A DNA stretch of 64,000 nucleotides from Candidatus Ozemobacteraceae bacterium. GTDB taxonomy: Bacteria; Muiribacteriota; Ozemobacteria; Ozemobacterales; Ozemobacteraceae. The position numbers and the translations under genes were made by a program. The notes beneath the pieces are model-generated. The model searched no databases. It worked only from the letters and a program-made list of their open reading frames with translations, and was not told the origin of the DNA. Below are positions 47,127 through 56,487 of this stretch, in pieces; the first letter of the stretch is position 1; each line of letters begins with the position of its first letter. Where the stretch lies: positions 11 through 64,010 of the forward strand of contig DATCTT010000027.1 in the NCBI GenBank assembly GCA_036567845.1, read 5' to 3'.

Positions 47127-49322
47127 ATGATAGACTATACTAAACGGACCTCGTATCTGGGTGATCTGGAAAAGCAGCGAGGCGCTCACCGGCTCGTCTT
47201 CGAGGGGAGCTTCAAGCCGGGACTGCCTGAGCGCGGCTACAACAACCGCACGCTGTTCATCAACCTCTCGACGAAGACCATCACCGAAAAGCCGGTGACG
47301 GAACAGATGAAGGAGATCTTCATCGGCGGCCGCGGCTTCGGTCTCTGGTATCTCTGGAATGCTGTCACCCCAAAGACCCGCTGGAACGACCCCGAGAACG
47401 AGATCGTCATCAGCCCCGGGCCCCTCGGCGGCAACACGCAGTATCCGGGTTCCGGCAAGTCGCTCGTCGTCTCCCTGTCGCCACTCACCGACATTCCGAT
47501 CGACAGCAACGTCGGCGGGCATTTCGGGCCCCTGCTGAAGTTCAGCGGCTTTGATGCCCTCGAGATCCAGGGAAAGGCGGATGCTGACGTCGTCATCTTC
47601 ATCGACGGGCAGAAGGGGGTCATCCGGGTCGAGGAGGCACCGCTCGAAAGCGTCGACAGCCATATCGCCGCGGATATATTCACACACATGTATGCCGAGA
47701 ACGAACTGGACCGGCGGAACATCTCGGTCATCGCTTCGGGCAAGGGCGCCGATCATGCCCTGATGGGCTGTCTGAACTTCTCCTGGTATGACCACCGGCG
47801 CGGCGTTGCGCGGCTCAAACAGGCCGGTCGGGGCGGCATCGGAACGGTGTTCCGGAACAAGAAGGTCAAGGCTGTTGTCGTGCGCGGCCCGGCCGTCAAG
47901 GGCGACATGAACCGTCCCGCCGATCTGGACCGGGTGCGCAACACCGGCATCCGGTTGCATCGCGAGATCCACGATAACGATGACAAGCAGTGCCACATGC
48001 GGACACAGGGCACCGCCCACCTCGTCGAGGTGATGAGTGACTACGATCTGCTGCCGGTCTGCAACTTCCAGTATGGTTCCCACGACGATGTAAAAAATAT
48101 CGCATCGTATAAATGGGGCGAACGGTTCACCCAGGGAATTCCCGACGGCTGCTGGCATGGCTGCTCGATGGGCTGCTCGAAGGGCGCCGACGGCCATATC
48201 GTGAAGACGGGGCCCTACAAGGGCCACTCCGTCACGGTCGACGGTCCGGAATACGAGACGGCTGCCGGTCTCGGGTCGAACTGCGGCATTTTCGACCGCG
48301 ACTGGATCCTCGAGGGCAACTTCTACTGCGACACCTACGGCATCGACACCATCTCGTTCGGCACGAGCTGCAGCTTCGTGATGGAGTGCTGGCAGCGTGG
48401 CATCCTGAATGCCGAGCGCACCGGCGGGGTCGAGCTGACGTGGGGCAATGGCGAGGCGCAGATGGAGCTGCTGCACCAGATGGCTCGCAACGAGGGGTTC
48501 GGGGCGATCGTCGGCCAGGGTGTCGCCCGCATGAAAAAACTGTTCATCGAAAAAGGTTGGGGGGATCCGAAACTGATCGAGGATATTGGCATGGAGGCGA
48601 AGGGCCTCGAATACTCCCAGTATCTCTCGAAGGAGTCCCTGGCGCAGCAGGGCGGTTATGCCCTGACCAACAAAGGGCCGCAGCACGATGAGGCCTGGCT
48701 GATCTTCATGGACATGGTCAACAACCAGCTGCCTACATTCGAGGACAAGGCAGAGGCCCTGCATTACTTCCCGATGTTCCGCACCTGGTTCGGTCTGAAC
48801 GGCCTGTGCAAACTGCCCTGGAACGACGTCGAACCGGATGACAACCGCAAGGTCAATAGTCCGATGGAGGCGGCGAAAGTGCCGGCCCATCTGCAGAACT
48901 ACTGCGATCTCTTCTCCGGCATCACCGGCCGCGAGATGAACCGCGACGAGCTGGTCTTCATGTCCGAGCGGGTCTACAACTTCCAGCGCGTTTTCAACCT
49001 GCGCATGGGAAAGGGGCTGCGCAAGTTCGACCAGGCGCCCTACCGCTCGACCGGCCCTGTCACCCGCGAGGAGTATGAATCGCGCGCCGAGCGGTATGAC
49101 AAGCAGCTTCGGGAACAAATCGGCATCGACCCGGCCGGAAAATCCGTCGACGAAAAGATCGCTCTCCACCGGAGATGGCGCGAAGATCGGTATCAGAAGC
49201 TCTGTGATGCCGTCTACAAGCGCCGCGGCTGGACAAAGGATGCCGTGCCGACCCTCGAGACCCTGAAAAAACTCGGCATCGATTTCCCCGACGTCGTAGA
49301 GGTCGTCAAAAAGTATCTCTGA
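47127..49322 (+). CDS. Aldehyde:ferredoxin oxidoreductase family (tungsten/molybdopterin) enzyme
   Basis: RBS GAGGAGAGGAG. N-terminal AOR_N IFIGGRGFGLWYLW. Length 731 aa, with a C-terminal extension beyond typical AORs of about 600 aa. Confidence 0.85.
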   Translation: MIDYTKRTSYLGDLEKQRGAHRLVFEGSFKPGLPERGYNNRTLFINLSTKTITEKPVTEQMKEIFIGGRGFGLWYLWNAVTPKTRWNDPENEIVISPGPLGGNTQYPGSGKSLVVSLSPLTDIPIDSNVGGHFGPLLKFSGFDALEIQGKADADVVIFIDGQKGVIRVEEAPLESVDSHIAADIFTHMYAENELDRRNISVIASGKGADHALMGCLNFSWYDHRRGVARLKQAGRGGIGTVFRNKKVKAVVVRGPAVKGDMNRPADLDRVRNTGIRLHREIHDNDDKQCHMRTQGTAHLVEVMSDYDLLPVCNFQYGSHDDVKNIASYKWGERFTQGIPDGCWHGCSMGCSKGADGHIVKTGPYKGHSVTVDGPEYETAAGLGSNCGIFDRDWILEGNFYCDTYGIDTISFGTSCSFVMECWQRGILNAERTGGVELTWGNGEAQMELLHQMARNEGFGAIVGQGVARMKKLFIEKGWGDPKLIEDIGMEAKGLEYSQYLSKESLAQQGGYALTNKGPQHDEAWLIFMDMVNNQLPTFEDKAEALHYFPMFRTWFGLNGLCKLPWNDVEPDDNRKVNSPMEAAKVPAHLQNYCDLFSGITGREMNRDELVFMSERVYNFQRVFNLRMGKGLRKFDQAPYRSTGPVTREEYESRAERYDKQLREQIGIDPAGKSVDEKIALHRRWREDRYQKLCDAVYKRRGWTKDAVPTLETLKKLGIDFPDVVEVVKKYL

Positions 49323-49379
49323 CAATAGTTCATTCCTGCTTCCGTTTCCCTTCGGCTTTTCGAGCCGATCAGCCCGTTT

Positions 49380-49877
49380 ATGACGGCCAAACGGGCTTTC
49401 AGTGCAATTTTCGAGGGGAGCTGTCCGAAAGTCTCCGTTTCGGGGAGGAAATGCGTGCGAACGACGCAGGCGGATGTGGAGCTGCTGATGAAGCGGCTGG
49501 TGGAGCCGGTGCGGAAGATGCTTCGGGAAAGCGGAGGATTTCTTCCGTTTGGGGCGTATCTCGACACCGCCCGCCGTGTCCGGAAGTTCCAGGCCGAGGT
49601 CGATGACGCGTGGGACCAGGATGAGCTCGCGGGGTTTTTCGAGGAAAAATTGCAGGGATATGCAGCCGCGAAGAAAGCGGTCGCGACCGCCATCGTCCGC
49701 GACGTGCGTGCAGCGCCGCCCGGAAAGCGCAAGGCGGAAGACTGCGCCGCGTTTGCGCTCGATCACGTCGACGGCTACTCGGTCATCGTCTTTCTGCCGT
49801 ATGTGATCGACGAAGGCGGCAAGGTGTTGTTCGGAGAGCTGTTCGCGATCGACGGCGACAGCAGGATCTTTTCATGA
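49380..49877 (+). CDS. Hypothetical protein (165 aa)
   Basis: ORF only; no motif recognised. It lies between AOR and the ThiF-like gene. Confidence 0.35.
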   Translation: MTAKRAFSAIFEGSCPKVSVSGRKCVRTTQADVELLMKRLVEPVRKMLRESGGFLPFGAYLDTARRVRKFQAEVDDAWDQDELAGFFEEKLQGYAAAKKAVATAIVRDVRAAPPGKRKAEDCAAFALDHVDGYSVIVFLPYVIDEGGKVLFGELFAIDGDSRIFS

Positions 49878-49997
49878 GCAGATTTTGAAACCCGCTCCGA
49901 CGGTATGGGAGCAGCGCGGCGCTCGAGCGATCAAGGTTGTCGGGGGCATGCCAGGTTGATGTAGGGGCATATTTATAACCAGCCCGTCACGATATGT

Positions 49998-50873
49998 GTG
50001 AGGATTGATGCAAAGGAAAGGCATTGCGTGAAGTGCAGAATCAATGAGCGGGATGCGGAGATCGGGGGCGGGACCAGCCTTGGAAAATTGGCTGAGGCGC
50101 ACTGCCCGGGGGCGGATCTGTTCATCCTGAACGGGTGCCCCGCGGCGCCGGATACGATTCCAGGGGAAGGCGACGCGATCGTGTTCATCCGGCGCGGCGT
50201 GAAGCCGGCCCCGGAGGAGCTGGATGCTCTCCTTGCGGCTCGTCACACCCCGGGCGTACATGAAAAGCTGAAACGATCCTCGGTCGGCATCGCCGGCTGT
50301 GGCGGGCTGGGCTCGACCGTTGCCCTGGCCCTCGCCCGCGTCGGGATTGGCCGACTTGTTTTGGCCGATCACGACGTGGTCGAGCCGAGCAATCTAAATA
50401 GGCAGCAGTATTATATAGATCAGATTGGCATGGCGAAGGTCGAGGCGCTCCGGACGACGATCGCCCGAGTAAACCCGGCCATACAGGTCACGGTCTGGGG
50501 GGAACGGCTGGTGCAGCCGACGGTTGCTTCGCTCTTTGCCGGTGTAGACGTGCTGGTTGAGGCGCTCGACCAGGCCGACCAGAAGGCGATGCTGGTCGAG
50601 GCGGCGATGAAGGCCTTCCCCACCAAACCTCTCGTGTTGGGCTCCGGGATGGCGGGGTGGGGAGGGAACGAGCGCCTGCGCACCCGGATTTCCGGCACCA
50701 TGACGGTGTGCGGTGACGAGACGGCCGAGGCCGTGCCCGGCCGGGGCCTGATGGCTCCACGCGTCGGCATTGTTGCACACATGCAGGCCAACCGCGTCAT
50801 GGAACTGCTTCTCGGGCCAGATGAGGGTATCGGCCCCGAACTCGTAACAGGGAGATTCGACGAGACATGCTGA
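49998..50873 (+). CDS. ThiF/MoeB-family E1-like adenylyltransferase with an N-terminal fused ThiS/MoaD-like beta-grasp domain
   Basis: GIAGCGGLGSTVALALARVG (Rossmann GxGxxG), NLNRQ. The N-terminal 75 aa are LFILNGCP...GDAIVFIRRG, ThiS-like but with no terminal GG. Confidence 0.75.
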   Translation: MRIDAKERHCVKCRINERDAEIGGGTSLGKLAEAHCPGADLFILNGCPAAPDTIPGEGDAIVFIRRGVKPAPEELDALLAARHTPGVHEKLKRSSVGIAGCGGLGSTVALALARVGIGRLVLADHDVVEPSNLNRQQYYIDQIGMAKVEALRTTIARVNPAIQVTVWGERLVQPTVASLFAGVDVLVEALDQADQKAMLVEAAMKAFPTKPLVLGSGMAGWGGNERLRTRISGTMTVCGDETAEAVPGRGLMAPRVGIVAHMQANRVMELLLGPDEGIGPELVTGRFDETC

Positions 50874-51064
50874 AAGTCAACGGCGAGCCGCTGAAATACC
50901 AGAAAGACATGACCGTTTCCGACGTCATCCGGGCGAAGAAATACTCGTTTCCTTTGTTGATCGTGAAGATCGATGGCGTCTACATTCCGCGCGAAAGCTA
51001 CGACATCACCCCCGTCCCGGACGGCGCCACCCTCGACATTATCCATCTCATCAGCGGCGGTTGA
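50867..51064 (+). CDS. ThiS/MoaD-family ubiquitin-like sulfur-carrier protein (C-terminal Gly-Gly)
   Basis: 65 aa, MLKVNGEPL...DGATLDIIHLISGG. It overlaps the E1-like gene by 7 nt. Confidence 0.7.
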   Translation: MLKVNGEPLKYQKDMTVSDVIRAKKYSFPLLIVKIDGVYIPRESYDITPVPDGATLDIIHLISGG

Positions 51065-51168
51065 GCCGTCCCGGTTGCGATTTTCCGGCGTTCTAAGTAC
51101 GCTTGAATGTCCACCACTCGACAACCCAGACATTTCCTTCCAAATTTCAGCCGAGGAGCGCGACATTG

Positions 51169-52263
51169 ATGAGCGACACGCCCGTCTTTCCCGAAATAAT
51201 CTTCGATACAGACCCCCTGGGCCTGGCCGATAAGATGGCCCCCCTTTCCCCGACCGTCGACATCATCATCGAATCCGATGCTGAAGCGGCCGTTGAGGAG
51301 GAGATCTCGTTCGGTCTCCCGACCCCGGAAGGCGAGATCATGGAGACGAGAGGACGGGTGAAAGCGGTTGCGCCACGCGAGGGCGGGTATGCCCTGACGG
51401 TCGAGATACGGGAAGTCGATGCTGCCATGCGAGGGACGGCCCATTCCAGTCTCAGGGGAACGGCGAAGCCTGCCGCTGGTGGCCTTCAGCCGGTCTGGGG
51501 AATCGGGCTGAAGCAGACCGACAACACCTATGCGATTCTGGTCAACAGCCCGGCCGGCGTGCTCACAGCAGCTCAGCTGAGCAAACTGGGCGAGCTGGCG
51601 GCCCGGGGGACGGGCGTGGCCAAGCTCACCCACGCCCAGCGGGTTATTCTTCTGGCGCCCATGGAGCGGCTCGAGGCGATTCGCGCCGAGCTCGACCAGG
51701 TCGGTCTTCGCGTCGGCGTGCTCCATAAGGGGGTCAGGAATGTGCGGGCGTGCTGTGGTGCGCGTTGTCGCTTCTCCGATCGCACCGATGCCATCGGAAC
51801 CGCCCTGGCAATCGACAAAGTCCTGTACGGGCGCGGGGAGACCTTCGATGTCAAGCTGGCGATCTCGGATTGCATGCGCAATTGCTCCGAAAGCTACTGT
51901 TGCGACATCGGACTGCTGGGAGGCGGAGGGAAATACCGCATGGTCGTCGGCGGTCGCGGCAGTCAGATCCCTTTCCGGGCTCTCCATCTTGCCGGCGATA
52001 TCGAGCCGTCCGACGTTCCGGCGGCCGTTGCCGAAGTCCTCGACTGGTACGAGCAAAACGCCCGCGAAGGGGAGCGATTCTGGAAAATGATGGTGCGGCT
52101 TGGCGAGGCCGAAGCTGCCAGGTTCGGTCTGGCTGATATTGCAGTAGCTATGGAAAAGCTCGGAGACGGGGTCGACGAAGTGCGACGGCTCCGGGAACAG
52201 CTGGCCCGGCTCGCCACGCTCCACCGCATGAAGAACGAACTCCGTTTTTGCCGACCGAAGTGA
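51169..52263 (+). CDS. Nitrite/sulfite-reductase-like Fe-S protein (ferredoxin-like half-domain plus 4Fe-4S/siroheme-type Cys motif) with an unassigned ~120-aa N-terminal extension
   Basis: RBS GAGGAG. RACCGARCRF and CMRNCSESYCCD Cys clusters are spaced like NIR_SIR Fe-S/siroheme ligands. A GIGLKQTDNTYAILVNSPAGVLTAAQLSKLGELA ferredoxin-like half-domain precedes them. Confidence 0.7.
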   Translation: MSDTPVFPEIIFDTDPLGLADKMAPLSPTVDIIIESDAEAAVEEEISFGLPTPEGEIMETRGRVKAVAPREGGYALTVEIREVDAAMRGTAHSSLRGTAKPAAGGLQPVWGIGLKQTDNTYAILVNSPAGVLTAAQLSKLGELAARGTGVAKLTHAQRVILLAPMERLEAIRAELDQVGLRVGVLHKGVRNVRACCGARCRFSDRTDAIGTALAIDKVLYGRGETFDVKLAISDCMRNCSESYCCDIGLLGGGGKYRMVVGGRGSQIPFRALHLAGDIEPSDVPAAVAEVLDWYEQNAREGERFWKMMVRLGEAEAARFGLADIAVAMEKLGDGVDEVRRLREQLARLATLHRMKNELRFCRPK

Positions 52264-52275
52264 GGAACTGAGAAG

Positions 52276-54432
52276 ATGCCCGTTGGAAGCCACAAAGACG
52301 CATTCAAGGCCCATCAGCTGGTCAAAAAACTCGTTGCCAAGGACGGGGCAACTCCGCTGCCGACGCTTGCCGCAGAGATCCTCATGGATTTCGTCAAGAG
52401 TCAGCGGCAGATCAACCAGCGGGAGTCGGCGACGCACCTCCCGACGGATCAGAATGTGTATGACCAGGAGAAGCTGAAGGCTGCTCTCGAAGCCGTGGGC
52501 AGCTTGTGCGGCCAGTGCGAGGAAGCTCATAACGACGCCTGTTTCGTCAATCAGGCACGCCGCGTCCTGATCGCTGCCAGGACCGGCGTCGATCTGGGCC
52601 AGGCCTTCGACGGCAAGAAGAGCCTCGATGAGCTGGTGCGGGAGGCCGAGCGTCTCGCTGCCGAACGGGCGGCCGCCCCCCCGGAGACAGCCGCTGCGAG
52701 CGCCGGGACCACTCCCGTTTCCGGAGAGACGGACGCGGCTGCGACCGGAAGGCTGCGTCAGGAGCTTGCTTCCCTTCAGGAAAGGGAAGTGTTCCGCAGC
52801 ACGCTGATCGACGAGATCGTCGATACCATCGGCAAGGTGTCCGCGGGCAACTATGCTGCGAAAATGCCGGTGCATGAAGATGAGCAGCTCGGCAAGCTCG
52901 CGACGTCGTTCAATCTCATGCTTGATGCGATGAACGCGACGATGTCCCACCTCGATCACCTCGTGAACGCTCGGAACGCCGAGCTGAAGCAGATCATGAA
53001 CACCGTGCCGCTGGGCCTGCTCTCGCTGAACGCCGAGCTCCGGGTGAATCCGGAATACTCCCGGACCGCCGCCCTGATCTTCGGCGTGGACGAACTGCGG
53101 GGCCGCGATTACCCAGAACTGCTCGGACTTACGCCGCGCCGCCAGGAAGAGCGGAATGCGCTGAAGGATTATCTCGACATCCTTCTGATGGGCATCGACT
53201 GTCCCGACGCCGATCGCCTCAACCCCTTCGCCGAAATCCTGCTGCCCCGGGGTGTCTGGGTGCGTCTCCGTTATCATCTCGTGCAGACCGAGTCCGGGCA
53301 GGGGAACCTCCTCGTTGTCGTGGAGGACGTCACCGAGACGAAGAAGCTGGAAGCCCGGGTTGAAGCGACTCAGCGCGAAAGTGCCCAGATCAAGGCGATT
53401 GCCGAGGCTCCCGATCTGTTCCGCGACGTTATCGCCGACAATCAGAAGATTCTCGATCAGACCATCACCCTGCTTGATGGGAATGGCCCGGCATCCTCTC
53501 AGGAACGGATCGATGCCATGTTTCGGGGTGTCCATACGGTCAAGGGGGTGGCCGGAAGCTTTGGCATGTCCGAAGTCGGAAAGCAGGCGGGAATTCTCGA
53601 AAATGCCCTGGCCCGGGCGCGCGATCTCGGCTCCCTGACCACGGAACGGACGGAGGAGATCCGCCGCGAGCTCGGCCTTCTCGGCGAGGCGATGGGGGAC
53701 GTGAAAAAACTGGCGAAGCTCATTTTAGGGGATGATTCCCTGACCGGCGGCCCGGCTCTGAAGGTGTCCCTCGAGCAGCTGCAGGAACTCGAGCGCGAGA
53801 TGCGGGACGCGGCGGTGGACGAAGGGGTCCGCGCGCGTATGCTCGGCAAGATCCGTGACCTGCGGCTCGTCCCGGCGAAGAAAGCCCTGGAGCGCACGAT
53901 CCGTCTCGTTCCGGGGCTGATTTCCCGACTCAACAAGCAGGTGTCCTTCCGCCTCGAGGGCGAGGACGTTCCGTTGCCGGTTGAACTTGCGCAGAACCTG
54001 AACGGTCCTTTGATCCACCTTATCCGGAACGCGTTCGACCACGGTGTCGAGGACGAGGAACTGCGGCGCGGTGCCGGAAAGCCGGAGCAGGCGTCGGTCG
54101 CTCTCACCATTCACCGGCGGGAGCGCTGGATCGAAGTGGCCGTATCAGATGACGGCAAGGGGCTCGACCCTGAGGTGCTCCGGGCCAGCGCCATCCGCAA
54201 GGAGCTTCTCTCCCCGGAGGAGGCCGGGAATTTGTCGGCGGAAGCGTGTCTCAACCTGATCTTCCTTCCCGGCTTCTCGACGGCAGCTTCGGTCACCGAG
54301 ATCTCCGGGCGGGGTGTTGGGATGGATGTCGTCCAGACTGAAATCGCAAACATGGGCGGGCGGATCACCATTGATTCGACACCGGGAAAAGGGTCCCGGT
54401 TCACCCTGCACGTTCCGATAGCCTGCTCCTGA
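52276..54432 (+). CDS. Cytoplasmic CheA-like histidine kinase: Cys-containing N-domain - HAMP - sensor region - HPt - HATPase_c; no CheW-like P5 domain
   Basis: HAMP IDEIVDTIGKVSAGNYAAKMPVHEDEQLGKLATSFNLMLDAM. HPt FRGVHTVKGVAGSFG. HATPase N-box IRNAFDHGVED, G-boxes DDGKGLD and SGRGVGMDVV. N-terminal CGQCEEAHNDAC. No TM segments. Confidence 0.8.
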   Translation: MPVGSHKDAFKAHQLVKKLVAKDGATPLPTLAAEILMDFVKSQRQINQRESATHLPTDQNVYDQEKLKAALEAVGSLCGQCEEAHNDACFVNQARRVLIAARTGVDLGQAFDGKKSLDELVREAERLAAERAAAPPETAAASAGTTPVSGETDAAATGRLRQELASLQEREVFRSTLIDEIVDTIGKVSAGNYAAKMPVHEDEQLGKLATSFNLMLDAMNATMSHLDHLVNARNAELKQIMNTVPLGLLSLNAELRVNPEYSRTAALIFGVDELRGRDYPELLGLTPRRQEERNALKDYLDILLMGIDCPDADRLNPFAEILLPRGVWVRLRYHLVQTESGQGNLLVVVEDVTETKKLEARVEATQRESAQIKAIAEAPDLFRDVIADNQKILDQTITLLDGNGPASSQERIDAMFRGVHTVKGVAGSFGMSEVGKQAGILENALARARDLGSLTTERTEEIRRELGLLGEAMGDVKKLAKLILGDDSLTGGPALKVSLEQLQELEREMRDAAVDEGVRARMLGKIRDLRLVPAKKALERTIRLVPGLISRLNKQVSFRLEGEDVPLPVELAQNLNGPLIHLIRNAFDHGVEDEELRRGAGKPEQASVALTIHRRERWIEVAVSDDGKGLDPEVLRASAIRKELLSPEEAGNLSAEACLNLIFLPGFSTAASVTEISGRGVGMDVVQTEIANMGGRITIDSTPGKGSRFTLHVPIACS

Positions 54433-54493
54433 CTGCGTGAGTGGCAAGCCAGTCCCCTTCTGCCAGACGAGGCGGAAGGGGACTGGAGGATCG

Positions 54494-56371
54494 TTACAGA
54501 TCCATTTCCCAGGACACGGCCAGGCGCCGGCCGGGCTCGCCATATCCGTAGATCCTCTGGGAACGCGTGTTGGCGATGTTCAGCAGGGCCAGCCGGAACG
54601 TGCCACCGTGGAACCGGCTCAGATAGCCGATATCCGTGCGATCCGTCGGTGAGACGGAACGGGTGTTTCCGGCATCGTCCCAGCTCGCCCCCCACCGGGC
54701 ATACCGCGCAAACACCTCGCCGTTTCCGGCAGGATGACGCAGAGTCAGGGCTCCGGCATGCCCCGGTACGCGGGGCAGGGTGCAGCCTGAGCTCAGGATC
54801 CGGGCCCGGGGCGTGCGGGAATACTCGAACTCCATGCGGCAGCGGCCGCTGGACATCCGCACGTCAAGTTCGTGGCCGGTGATTTCGGCGGTTTCCAGGT
54901 TCGCCGCCTTGATCCCCCAGGCATAGGCCGGGTCCGTCGTGGCGACGGTTCCGATGAGATTGTCGGCGCGTGTCCGGTAGCTGCGCACCTCGATGATGCC
55001 ATCGGTACCTGCCCGCTGGGTAAGCGCGAGCGAGAGAGTGCGCCCTGTCTCGGGGGCCAGGTGCTCGTCGCCGTAGTTCGGGTAGAACCGTTCATTGAGC
55101 GACGGACGCCGGAAGGAAGTTCCCCAGGCGGCTTCCAGACTGCGTTTGCCCTGCTCCCGGGAAAGGGCGAGCTTGCCCGTCGCGGCGGTGTCGCCGGGGT
55201 TTGTATAACGATCGATACGTCCGATCGACCGGAGCTTCCAGCCGGCTGCCGGGCTCCAGGAAACCCCGCCCCGAAGCGCATCATCTGCCTCATTCCGCTC
55301 GAGGATGCCGTCGTTCGATGCGTCCGTTTCCTGATGTGAAACGCCCAGGTCGATCTCGCCGCGCGACAGATACCAGAACCGGTCGATCGCCTGCTGGTGC
55401 GTGAGAGAGTGCATGTCATACCCGTTCCAGGGATCTGTCGGATCATCCCCGGCAAGAACCGCGTCACGCCGGCCGGCCGTGTACTGCCACTCCCCGTCCG
55501 GAAGGGGCCGCGCGATGTGCAGATTCATCGTCGATTCCGACCGGTGCTGGATGAAGTCGGGATCGTCGACAGGGGCTGAAGTGATCGGGGAAAACGTGTC
55601 CAGGGCCGTGTCCGACGAACGCCAGCCGAGAAGGAATCGGACGGCAGTGCCGTTGGTCGATCGGCTCTGGATGCCGATCTGCAGGCGCTCCTGCTCGAAC
55701 GGATCCGTTTCGGCATTGCCCTGCCGTCCGTCGGCAGCCGACCAGCCCTGAGTCCGGAAGGTCATCCCGGAAACCCCCAGAGTGGCATCCCCAAGCGCCA
55801 ATGCCGCGTTCAGCTCGCGGCCGTTTCCCCCAACTCCGTCTGAAAACAGGCGAATACTCGAAGTGGCCGGAATGGCGGTTCGGAGATGGAGGACCCCCCC
55901 GATGGCGTTGCTGCCCCACCAGGATGCGCCTGAACCGCGGTACACCTCGACGGAATCGAGGAGCCCCGGGTCGATGTCGCCCAGGTCGGGATTGCCCGTG
56001 AAGGGGTCGTTCACCGGCATGCCGTCACGCAGAACGAGCACGCGCGCGCCGGTGAAGCCTCCCAGCATCGGACTGGCGAGCCGCCCCGGCCCGCCCTGGG
56101 GCGGAGTCACGAGCACGCCGCCCCCCAGAGCCTCGGGGCCGGTCGTCGGTAGAAATCTGCCGATATCCTCCGCCCCGGCACGGGAGACGGCATCGCCGAC
56201 GAGCTCGCACGGCGGCTTCCACGCCGGTGCCGTCACCGTGACCGTTGGAAGCTGCACGACCGGCTGGGAAGCTGTTACGGCGGGCAGACCGGTGGTCGGG
56301 TGGACCAGGAATGCCAACATCGGCAGCAGAAAACGGGAAAAGCGGGAAATGAAACGATGGAAAACGAGCAT
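54494..56371 (-). CDS. TonB-dependent receptor-like outer-membrane protein (plug domain clear; start uncertain; atypical C-terminal residue)
   Basis: Plug motifs RVLVLRDGMPVNDPFTG and EVYRGSGASWWGSNAIGGVLHL. Candidate starts at 56476, 56425 and 56371 (GAGGTG RBS before 56371, then a signal-like MLVFHRFISRFSRFLLPMLAFLV). It ends ...SWEMDL rather than an aromatic residue. Confidence 0.65.
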   Translation of the reverse strand: MLVFHRFISRFSRFLLPMLAFLVHPTTGLPAVTASQPVVQLPTVTVTAPAWKPPCELVGDAVSRAGAEDIGRFLPTTGPEALGGGVLVTPPQGGPGRLASPMLGGFTGARVLVLRDGMPVNDPFTGNPDLGDIDPGLLDSVEVYRGSGASWWGSNAIGGVLHLRTAIPATSSIRLFSDGVGGNGRELNAALALGDATLGVSGMTFRTQGWSAADGRQGNAETDPFEQERLQIGIQSRSTNGTAVRFLLGWRSSDTALDTFSPITSAPVDDPDFIQHRSESTMNLHIARPLPDGEWQYTAGRRDAVLAGDDPTDPWNGYDMHSLTHQQAIDRFWYLSRGEIDLGVSHQETDASNDGILERNEADDALRGGVSWSPAAGWKLRSIGRIDRYTNPGDTAATGKLALSREQGKRSLEAAWGTSFRRPSLNERFYPNYGDEHLAPETGRTLSLALTQRAGTDGIIEVRSYRTRADNLIGTVATTDPAYAWGIKAANLETAEITGHELDVRMSSGRCRMEFEYSRTPRARILSSGCTLPRVPGHAGALTLRHPAGNGEVFARYARWGASWDDAGNTRSVSPTDRTDIGYLSRFHGGTFRLALLNIANTRSQRIYGYGEPGRRLAVSWEMDL

Positions 56372-56487
56372 GGGGCCGCGCCACCTCTGAAAAAAATACC
56401 GCGCTCCCCGGGCCGGAGACGCCATGCGTCGTCTGTTCGGCACGATCTCCCGATCCGCGAGGAGTCGCGTGCTCATCCGACAGGTAT

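Noticed and set aside
47010-49766. 918-aa minus ORF spanning ferredoxin and AOR
   Set aside because: Antisense to AOR (GGRGFG N-terminal motif present on the plus strand) and across an intergenic gap. No fold.
50998-53535. 845-aa minus ORF spanning ThiS, the SiR-like and kinase genes
   Set aside because: It runs through three plus-strand genes with good RBSs and clear domain motifs. Artefact of GC-rich third positions.
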